Assembly (NCBI GenBank): GCA_007136405.1
Contig: SLHA01000007.1
Coordinates: forward strand, 1 to 64,000
DNA length: 64,000 bases
Origin: Candidatus Latescibacterota bacterium
GTDB lineage: Bacteria > Latescibacterota > UBA2968 > UBA8231
Direction of reading: 5' to 3'
A model generated the notes under the pieces. The model worked only from the letters and a program-made list of their open reading frames with translations, had not been told where the DNA came from and searched no databases. The position numbers and the translations under genes are program-made. Position 1 is the first letter of the stretch. Every line of letters starts with the position of its first letter. Positions 27,898 to 35,813 of the stretch are shown here, piece by piece.

Positions 27898-29010
27898 TCA
27901 GGCTACCCGGTAACGTTCCAGCACGTCCGGGTCCAGTTCCACGCCCAGTCCGGGCGTGTCATCCAGGACCAACTCGCCGCCGGCGAATCGCATGGAATGG
28001 CGCACCAGTTGCTGCGCCAGCGGTGAAGGCGCCCGGGTATACTCGGTCAACGGTGCAGCCGCGGCTGCGGTCCACTGCGCGGAAGCGGCCAGCAGCACAC
28101 CGGTGCCGAAGGCATGAGGCACCGGTCGCGCTCCGGTGCGCTGGGCCATTGCCGCGATGCGCTGACCTGGCGTGATACCACCCACACGCCCCAGATCCGG
28201 TTGCACCACGTGAATCCGGCCGATCTGCAGCAGCTGTTCGTATTCCTCCAGCAAGGTCACCGATTCACCGGCGGCAATGCTGATGGAAGAGGCCGCCGAC
28301 AATTCGCCGTATCCCCGTGTGTCGTACGGGTGCAGCGGTTCTTCCAGCCAGAAGATATCGTACGGCGCGAAGCGTTCCACCCGGGCCAGGGCTCCGTGTA
28401 CGTCCCAGCAGCGGCCGGCATCCACCATGAGCGTGACCCGGGGGCCCAGCGCGTCGCGGGCCGCTGCAACCAGTTCCTCGTCCAGTCGCAGATCCGGCCC
28501 CATGGGACCCCAGCCGTATTTCACCGCCCGATATCCGGCCTCGACGAACTGCCGGGCCGATGCGGCGACGCCTTGCGGCCGGTCCGGCCACAGGACACTG
28601 GCATAACACGGCACTGCATCCACCGCGTCCGGACGCAGCAGACGGCGCACAGGCTGCCCGGCGACTTTTCCCTGGATATCCCACAGCGCCATGTCCACGC
28701 CGCTCATCGTGTGGCGGGCCACACCGCCGGGTCCGTACCAGGCCGTGCCGGCGATCATGGCGGCCATGATGCCTTCGGTGTCCATCGGATCCATACCCCG
28801 CACGATGTGCGCGAGCCCGTGACGAAAAGGTGCCGAACGCGGCGACTCGACCACGGCCCGGGCGACGTAGGAACAGGACACGACCTCGCCCAGTCCGGTA
28901 ATCCCGGCATCCGTGTGCACGGCGACCAGCAGGCAGTCCTGCGTGCCATCCGGGATTTCACGGACTTCGGGGAGGCGCAGATGGATGGCTTCCACATGGG
29001 TAATTTTCAC
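27898..29010 (-). CDS. Enolase-superfamily enzyme (MR/MLE family), third paralog
   Basis: GTG start (VKITHVEAIHL) 6 nt after an AGGAG RBS. Capping domain …AGITGLGEV… and barrel domain …FWLEEP…, …DLGRVGGIT…. Confidence 0.75.
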   Translation of the reverse strand: MKITHVEAIHLRLPEVREIPDGTQDCLLVAVHTDAGITGLGEVVSCSYVARAVVESPRSAPFRHGLAHIVRGMDPMDTEGIMAAMIAGTAWYGPGGVARHTMSGVDMALWDIQGKVAGQPVRRLLRPDAVDAVPCYASVLWPDRPQGVAASARQFVEAGYRAVKYGWGPMGPDLRLDEELVAAARDALGPRVTLMVDAGRCWDVHGALARVERFAPYDIFWLEEPLHPYDTRGYGELSAASSISIAAGESVTLLEEYEQLLQIGRIHVVQPDLGRVGGITPGQRIAAMAQRTGARPVPHAFGTGVLLAASAQWTAAAAAPLTEYTRAPSPLAQQLVRHSMRFAGGELVLDDTPGLGVELDPDVLERYRVA

Positions 29011-29177
29011 AGTCAGCTCCTGAGATGGATGGTGGCGCATCGATGTATCGCAGGTTCACGGTGTATCGCAGGTTAACCGCGGCGCGGCGGCGCACCGTCA
29101 TGGCTGGGACTGGAGTCATCCAGGCCCGGCGGCGCACCTTCATGGCCCGGGCTGCCGCATGCTGAAGCCCATCGACG

Positions 29178-29825
29178 TCACGGCAGATCGAGCAGCTGGT
29201 GCAACCGGCACGACAGACGCCAGTCCGGGTGAAGCCGAAGGATGCGCAGGGCTTTGTCCACATACCGGGGCTGCAGAGATTCGGGCTGCAGATAAACCCG
29301 CTCCGCCAACTCGGCCTGGACGTGGGCCGCGCTGAAGCACTCCCCGACCACGTATTTGAGTTCGGTGATGCGCCGGTAGCCGCTGGCAACCGGATACCGC
29401 TTGGGCGAAACCGTCCAGTATTCGATCAGTTCGAACAACTCGGCCGGCGGACTGATGGTGCCGTTAGTCTCGATGTGCAGCCGGTAACCGCACTGCAGGA
29501 GCTGGCGCGCGAGCGGAGCGATATGCTGGCCCAGCGGCTCCCCTCCCGTGATGCAGACCCAACGGGCGGGATGCTCCCGCACCGCGGCGCGGATCGCGGC
29601 CACGGACATCAGACGGAAGTGCTGGAACCGGGTATCACAGAACGCACAGCGCAAGTTACAGTGGGCCAGACGCACAAAGGTCGTCGGCTCGCCGATACGC
29701 CCGCCTTCTCCCTCGATGGAGTAGAAAATCTCGTTGACATGCAGCACGCCATCGTCACGCCATGGTGCCAACGTGTCTGGAAAGGGTGGGGCGGTTTCGT
29801 TCTGCGTGTCTGACGGACTGTGCAT
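29178..29825 (-). CDS. queE: 7-carboxy-7-deazaguanine synthase (radical SAM)
   Basis: QueE-specific cluster motif LAHCNLRCAFCDT. Size ~215 aa. Confidence 0.8.
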   Translation of the reverse strand: MHSPSDTQNETAPPFPDTLAPWRDDGVLHVNEIFYSIEGEGGRIGEPTTFVRLAHCNLRCAFCDTRFQHFRLMSVAAIRAAVREHPARWVCITGGEPLGQHIAPLARQLLQCGYRLHIETNGTISPPAELFELIEYWTVSPKRYPVASGYRRITELKYVVGECFSAAHVQAELAERVYLQPESLQPRYVDKALRILRLHPDWRLSCRLHQLLDLP

Positions 29826-29888
29826 CGATCTCCCGTCTCATCTTTCCGGGGCAGTACCCCGGATCACACCGCTGGTAGGCGCGTGGCG

Positions 29889-30671
29889 TCAGAACCAGTC
29901 TGACAGTCTGGCCAGTTCCCAGCGAACGGTGTACGGATCCACGCGCACACCGCGCCTGAACCCCCGGCTGGCTGCCTGGGCTGCATCCAGTCGCTTGTAG
30001 CGGATTTCGAACTGCACCGGAGCGTCAAAGGTAAACGGCGCCACCTCACCGCAGCGCCGGGCCGCACGTTCCGCGCCCTGGCGTATCTCCTGGACCACGC
30101 GTCTGGGATGCTTGCTCACCGCGGCGTTCCAGCCGTGAGCGATCTTGGTGGTCACCGTCTGGATGCCCGGGAAAAATCGTTGCGCCTCGGCGACGCACTG
30201 GTGATCGCCGGCCACGAAGAGCAGCGGCACACCCTGCTCGCCGGCCATGGCGGCATCGATCTCCACTTCCCCCACTTCACAACCGTTGACTTTCATATAC
30301 TGGTATGTGGCGGAACTGAAACTATGGCAAAGCACCCCATTGCCCGAATTGTCCATGGCATGGTACCCCACCAGCAACACCCCGTCGAATCCCGCCTCCA
30401 GCCCGGGCCACCGATGCGCGAACCCCGTTCCCAGGGCGATGTCGCAGCGTTCGTCCAGGGCATCGTAGTCCAGGTTCAGGCTGCCGCCGTGGTTGTCCCA
30501 GACGATCACCTGCTCGGCTCCGGCATCGAACAAACCGCGAGCCGCAGCGTCGGCTTCCCGGGTAGCCTGCCGCCTGGCCATGTCGAAGTTGGGCGAACCG
30601 GACAGCGAACCGCCGGCAGAACCGACGGCGCAGGCCACACCCTCGCAGTCTACAGCAACGATGAACTGCAT
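29889..30671 (-). CDS. D-aminopeptidase DppA family (peptidase M55)
   Basis: N-terminus MQFIVAVDCEGVACAVG after a GAAGGAG RBS. HxxE and conserved His patterns of the M55 fold. Confidence 0.6.
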   Translation of the reverse strand: MQFIVAVDCEGVACAVGSAGGSLSGSPNFDMARRQATREADAAARGLFDAGAEQVIVWDNHGGSLNLDYDALDERCDIALGTGFAHRWPGLEAGFDGVLLVGYHAMDNSGNGVLCHSFSSATYQYMKVNGCEVGEVEIDAAMAGEQGVPLLFVAGDHQCVAEAQRFFPGIQTVTTKIAHGWNAAVSKHPRRVVQEIRQGAERAARRCGEVAPFTFDAPVQFEIRYKRLDAAQAASRGFRRGVRVDPYTVRWELARLSDWF

Positions 30672-31043
30672 CTTCCTTGCGTCTCCTTCAGAGGGGTCGA
30701 ATCGCTCCGGACGTGCGCCAGACTCGGACACCGCGACCCGGGTGATGTCGATCTCCGGTTCAAAGGGTTCGGATCGCCCCGGTAGTCCGTCAGGTCCTCC
30801 GGGCGTCCGGTGATCCGGCAAGTTGCCTTGAGCGCAGCGCCGATTTCACCCGGAAGTGATGGTACGCCGCGTCGAAGAACGCAGCAAGGCACCCTAACCG
30901 AATTCCAGGTGAACAGATAGTGCGTCGCATGCTGCCACACTGACACCGGCACGCCATTCGAAGGCGAACGGCACTGTCATTGTGTCACAACATACGACAC
31001 GATTCACAGCCCTCCGCCTTCTCGCCACACTCACATTAAATAT

Positions 31044-31072
31044 AACATGTTTATTTTCAATATGTTACACTA
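31044..31072. promoter_or_regulatory. AT-rich island with the inverted repeat TAACAT-N13-ATGTTA upstream of the Hsp20 gene pair. Candidate heat-shock operator.
   Basis: ataacatgtttattttcaatatgttac in an otherwise ~65% GC context. Does not match the CIRCE or HAIR consensus. Confidence 0.35.
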
Positions 31073-31181
31073 CAGCCAACGACCTCTGGCACATGACTTG
31101 CTTGAGGATATAGCGAAAGCGAAGACGACGGGAGCAGGGCTCCCAAGGCTGTAACCGGCTTTTCCACAAAGGAGGACCAAA

Positions 31182-31637
31182 ATGTTGACCCGAGGCTTCT
31201 ATCCCAGCACGTACCGCGGCGGCGAGCGTTCCTTGCATCCTTTCCGGGAACTGCAGCAGATCCAGGACGAGATGGACCGCCTGTTCCACCGCGCCTATCC
31301 ACGCGCAACCGAATATCCTCCGCTCAACATATGGAGCAACGAGGAAGAGACGATCGTGCAGGCCGAGTTACCGGGTTACTCGCCCGATGAAATCGACATC
31401 TCCGTGGTTCAGAACACTTTGACGCTTCGCGGCGAACGCAAGCCCGATGCCCTGCAGCAGGGAGACACGTACCATCGCCGCGAACGCCGGACCGGGCGCT
31501 TCGTACGCACCGTCGAACTGCCGTTCGAAGTAGACAACAGTGCCGTGGAGGCGGAAAGCAAGGTTGGCATCCTGTCGATTCGCCTGCCGCGCGCCGAGGA
31601 GCACAAACCGAAGAAAATCCAGGTCAAGGCATCGTGA
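31182..31637 (+). CDS. Small heat-shock protein, Hsp20 / alpha-crystallin family
   Basis: AAAGGAGG RBS. Alpha-crystallin domain (ELPGYSPDEIDISV...GILSIRLPR). Confidence 0.85.
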   Translation: MLTRGFYPSTYRGGERSLHPFRELQQIQDEMDRLFHRAYPRATEYPPLNIWSNEEETIVQAELPGYSPDEIDISVVQNTLTLRGERKPDALQQGDTYHRRERRTGRFVRTVELPFEVDNSAVEAESKVGILSIRLPRAEEHKPKKIQVKAS

Positions 31638-31776
31638 ACGGCGCCACCGGACTCGACGCCCGGAGCGAGCAGACCCACGCGTCCGTGAGCTCCAGCAAAA
31701 CCGCGCGTCCGTGAACGGTACAATAAGCTGATAAGCTGTGTATAGCATTCAGGAACGCAAGAGAAGAGGTGACATC

Positions 31777-32187
31777 ATGGCCAACGACAATCAGGATTTG
31801 CAGACTCGCTCAGCCGAGAATCAAGCGGTACAATCGCCGGAGAGGACGCGTCAGCGTCCGGTGTTTTCCCCGCCGGCCGACGTTTTCGAAACCGGCGACA
31901 AGATCGTCATCGTTGCCGACATGCCCGGGGTGAGCGAAAAAGACGTGGACATCACGTTGGAGAAGAACATCCTCACCCTGTCGGGGAAGACCGAATCCCC
32001 GGGTCGCGAAGGCTACCGCCTCAGCTATGGCGAATACGATGAAGGGGATTACGAGCGCAGTTTCGCGCTGTCCGAGGGAGTGGATCGGAACGGTATACAG
32101 GCAGCGGTGCGCAACGGTGTGCTGCGCGTGACCCTGCCCAAGGCCAAAGAGGCGGCCGCGCGGAAGATACCGGTGCGTGCCGAATGA
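31777..32187 (+). CDS. Small heat-shock protein, Hsp20 family (second copy)
   Basis: Alpha-crystallin domain (ADMPGVSEKDVDITL...GVLRVTLPK). Start at MANDNQ after a GAAGAGGTGA RBS. Confidence 0.8.
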   Translation: MANDNQDLQTRSAENQAVQSPERTRQRPVFSPPADVFETGDKIVIVADMPGVSEKDVDITLEKNILTLSGKTESPGREGYRLSYGEYDEGDYERSFALSEGVDRNGIQAAVRNGVLRVTLPKAKEAAARKIPVRAE

Positions 32188-32331
32188 CCGGGCTGCCGCC
32201 GTGCGGGTCACGGCGGATTTGGCCACGCCAGACAGTCATCAGCCACAAAGCAAGCGCGGATCAGTCACTAAGCAGGCGGGGGGACCGGGCTGAGCCTGGT
32301 CCCCCCGCCTGTATTCCCGCTGGTGCAGGGG

Positions 32332-33030
32332 TCAGTCGTTTCGCCCTCCCAGCAGTCCGGCACGAATCAGGAAGTAGAGCAGTTGGGCCACCGAGGCAGC
32401 AGCTGCCGCCACGTACGTCATAGCAGCGGCGTTGAGCACGGCCGCCACACCCTGGTATTCTTCGCCGCGAACGATGCCATGTTCGTACAGCAGCTGCTTG
32501 GCCCGCGACGAAGCATTGAATTCCACGGGAAGCGTCACGATCTGGAACGCCACCAGGAAAGAGAACAAGACAATTCCGAGGTGGATCAGGCCCATGGCAC
32601 CCATCATGAAACCGATGAAGATCAGCCAGAACGCCAGGTTGCTGCCCACTGACGCAGGCTTGGCCAGGGCCTGCCATGCAGTCATCACGGCATAGCCGGT
32701 ATCGTGTTGGATGGCGTGGCCCGTCTCATGGGCGGCAATGCCGGCCGCCGCAACGGACTTGCCGTTGTACACGCCGGAGGATAGACGCAGTTTGCGCTCA
32801 TTAGGCGAGTAGTGATCCGACAGCCAGCCGCGCGTTTCCTCCACATCCACATCCGTTACCCCATTGGCCCGGAGAATCTGCCTGGCGATCTGAGCGCCGG
32901 TCATGCCGGAACGCAGCCCATATTTCGAATAGGTCTGGTACCGGGACTTGACCAGCCACTGGGCATACAGGGAAAAGATGAGCACCGGTGCCATGATGAT
33001 CAGGTAAAGGGGATCAAAAAGCGCCAACAT
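32332..33030 (-). CDS. Putative neutral zinc metallopeptidase (Zn_peptidase_2 family membrane protein)
   Basis: HETGHAIQH Zn-binding motif. TM helices at both ends. Confidence 0.7.
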   Translation of the reverse strand: MLALFDPLYLIIMAPVLIFSLYAQWLVKSRYQTYSKYGLRSGMTGAQIARQILRANGVTDVDVEETRGWLSDHYSPNERKLRLSSGVYNGKSVAAAGIAAHETGHAIQHDTGYAVMTAWQALAKPASVGSNLAFWLIFIGFMMGAMGLIHLGIVLFSFLVAFQIVTLPVEFNASSRAKQLLYEHGIVRGEEYQGVAAVLNAAAMTYVAAAAASVAQLLYFLIRAGLLGGRND

Positions 33031-33267
33031 CGCTCCAGGACTCCTGTCTAAGCTGTTGATTCGGTAGCAATTTACCGCACCTCATGGCCAGGCGGCCATA
33101 TTGTGTTATATATATAACCGGTTGAGGCGGCTGTCAATCGGACCTCAGGGTTTCTTTTCGACCGGTGCGATGCAGAAACGGCATGAGACCGTGGTATTCA
33201 CTTGCTTTTTGCGTAGATTACTATGGTAAGGTATGTGTCGCAACCACGTCCACGGACTCAGGAGGTC

Positions 33268-34062
33268 ATGATGTCTGCCGTACGCCGGCCCGCCGTGGCC
33301 GGTTTGTTTTACCCCGAAGATCCGGAGCAGTTGCGCGCTCAGGTACGATATTTCCTGGACCAGGCGTCGAACCCCGTTATCGACGCGCCCAAGGCCCTCA
33401 TCGTTCCGCACGCCGGGTACCCCTATTCGGGTCCGGTGGCGGGAACAGCCTATACTCAACTAAAGTCTATAGCCACAGGTATCGAGCGCGTCGTCCTGCT
33501 GGGCCCGGCGCACCGGGTTCCACTCAGCGGTGTCGCACTGCCGGAGGCGGAGGCGTTTCAGAGCCCCTTGGGGCAGGTTCCCCTGGATGGGGATGCTTGT
33601 GACGTCCTGCGCCAACTGCCGCAGGTCAGCATGAATGATCGCGCCCATGCCATGGAGCATAGCCTGGAGGTGCAGCTGCCGTTTCTCCAGCACATCCTGC
33701 CGCACGGCTTTCTGCTGACGCCTCTGCTGGTCGGAAACGCCACGGTTACCCAGGTTGCAGCTGTTCTGAACGCAGTCTGGGGTGAATCGGAAACGCTGAT
33801 CGTGGTAAGCTCCGACCTGAGTCACTACAAGGATTACGCCACTGCCCGCTCCATGGACGAGCTCACATCGCGTGCCATCATCAATCTGGACCCTGACGGC
33901 CTGCATCCGGAAACCGCTTGCGGGTGCACAGGCATACAAGGTCTGCTGGCGGTCGCACGCCAGCGCGGGCTCAAGGTGCACCAGTTGGATCTGCGCAACT
34001 CGGGTGATACGGCCGGGACCCGGGACCAGGTGGTCGGATACGGTGCCTATGCCTTCTACTGA
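33268..34062 (+). CDS. AmmeMemoRadiSam system protein B (MEMO1 family)
   Basis: MEMO1 signature AGLFYPEDPEQL...VPHAGYPYSGPVAG...GPAHR. AGGAGG RBS. Confidence 0.8.
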   Translation: MMSAVRRPAVAGLFYPEDPEQLRAQVRYFLDQASNPVIDAPKALIVPHAGYPYSGPVAGTAYTQLKSIATGIERVVLLGPAHRVPLSGVALPEAEAFQSPLGQVPLDGDACDVLRQLPQVSMNDRAHAMEHSLEVQLPFLQHILPHGFLLTPLLVGNATVTQVAAVLNAVWGESETLIVVSSDLSHYKDYATARSMDELTSRAIINLDPDGLHPETACGCTGIQGLLAVARQRGLKVHQLDLRNSGDTAGTRDQVVGYGAYAFY

Positions 34063-34645
34063 ATCGTCGTCAACCCCGGCAACGGGTGTCAGCCCGGAAG
34101 GACGGCGGACCTTACTCGGTGTGGCCTGGCAGACCGTGATCCAACGTGCCGCAGACAGGCCGACGCCGGTGATAAACGCCCGGGACTATCCACCCGAGCT
34201 TCGGCAGGTGCGTGCCACCTTCGTCACCCTGCGGGTGAACGAGGCGTTGCGGGGGTGTATCGGTACTTGCCAGGCGGTTCGTCCGCTGGTGGAAGACGTG
34301 GCCCACAATGCCGCGGCAGCCGCGTCCATGGATCCGCGATTTCCGCCCCTGACTATGTCGGACATCCCGGGATTGCACCTCGAGATCTCGCTTCTCAGCG
34401 TTCCGGAGCCCCTGCCGGTCCATTCGGAAGAGGAACTGTTGGATCAGGTACGCCCCGGCGTGGACGGGCTACTGCTGGAGGAAGGTCCACACCGGGGCAC
34501 GCTGCTCCCGGGCGTGTGGGAGGCTCTGCCTGAACCCCGGGACTTCGTGCGACAGCTGAAGCTGAAGGCCGGGCTCCCGGCGGATTACTGGTCTCCGGAC
34601 ATCGCCGTATACCGGTATACAGTGGAGTCCATTGAGGAAGACTGA
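34049..34645 (+). CDS. AmmeMemoRadiSam system protein A (AMMECR1 domain)
   Basis: AMMECR1 motif LRGCIGT. Start overlaps the stop of the MEMO1-like gene, indicating translational coupling. Confidence 0.75.
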   Translation: MPSTESSSTPATGVSPEGRRTLLGVAWQTVIQRAADRPTPVINARDYPPELRQVRATFVTLRVNEALRGCIGTCQAVRPLVEDVAHNAAAAASMDPRFPPLTMSDIPGLHLEISLLSVPEPLPVHSEEELLDQVRPGVDGLLLEEGPHRGTLLPGVWEALPEPRDFVRQLKLKAGLPADYWSPDIAVYRYTVESIEED

Positions 34646-34945
34646 TATTCGTGTGGTGCCTCTTATGCAATCCGTGGCCAGCATGTATTCAGCTCCCGTG
34701 ACCGCAGCGCCAGGATCGGAGGCCTCTGCTTGTCATGCCGCCGGCGACGGTCGACCTTGTCGCGCCGGCATCAGGCGGTGTTGTCGCGGATCTTGTATCA
34801 TTCCTCTGCGTCGAGTCTGCGAATGCGTACGACGCAGGTAGGAGCACTACCTGGCGGTGGTACGTTCCACGGGTGCATCCGGAACTCGTACCGGCCTCGC
34901 CAGTGCCGGGATCAATCCATCGCATCATCCATGGAGGAGTCCATC

Positions 34946-35791
34946 ATGGGCACTCTGCTGACTGTTGCCGTCGTGCTTGCCGGAATCGGGGCAAGCCATG
35001 CCGACGTGCATTTCGTCGAGGAAATCGTCAACCGGGGATTCGGCCCGCAGCGGATCGGTGCGCGCCGCACGACGAACGAGGTGTACATCAAGGGGGCGCG
35101 CCAGAAAGTGAAGTCCACCATCAGCACCTCGGAACAGACGGCGCGCCAGCTGCGCGATCAGGGCCGATCGCTGCAGACGACCACCATCCTGCGCCTGGAC
35201 GACAAGAATGTGTACGAGGTTGATCTGGAGTCGCAGACTTACGTGCAGCGGCCGGTACCACCAGCGTCCAAACCGGCGGCCAAAAAGGCTGCGGAACCCG
35301 CCAGCACAGATCCGCGTATACGCTTTACCGTCACCGAGACCGGAGACACCACGCGCATAGCGGGCGTGCTGAGCAGACGGGTGATCGCTCGGATGCAGGC
35401 CCGGTACATGGACCCGGAGACCGGAGCGGTTCGCCGGGAAAACCGCTACACCTATGATGCCTGGCTGGCGGCGGACTTCCCTGGCTACAAGGAGATCAAG
35501 GCCTTCCAGCAGCTCCAGGAAGAGTCCACCTCGTTTCCGCCGTTGATCAGCGGCGGCATCCAGCAACTTCAGGAGGTCGTGCAGGACTCGGATGAGCTGG
35601 AAGCGCACCTGCAGGCGCTGGAGGGTTTCCCCATGCGCTCCACCATCCGCGTGACCGTGATGCGGCCAGGCCAGGAAGCAGAGACCGAGGTCTTCCGCCT
35701 GGACCGGCAGATCACGAAGTTTCAACACCATCCCCTGGATGACACCGTGTTCCAGGTGTCCGAAGGGCTGAGTCAGATCAAGACACGGTAA
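34946..35791 (+). CDS. Hypothetical secreted protein
   Basis: Signal peptide MGTLLTVAVVLAGIGASHA. GGAGGA RBS. No recognisable motif. Confidence 0.5.
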   Translation: MGTLLTVAVVLAGIGASHADVHFVEEIVNRGFGPQRIGARRTTNEVYIKGARQKVKSTISTSEQTARQLRDQGRSLQTTTILRLDDKNVYEVDLESQTYVQRPVPPASKPAAKKAAEPASTDPRIRFTVTETGDTTRIAGVLSRRVIARMQARYMDPETGAVRRENRYTYDAWLAADFPGYKEIKAFQQLQEESTSFPPLISGGIQQLQEVVQDSDELEAHLQALEGFPMRSTIRVTVMRPGQEAETEVFRLDRQITKFQHHPLDDTVFQVSEGLSQIKTR

Positions 35792-35813
35792 GGCCGGACA
35801 GAGAAAGGTTGCC

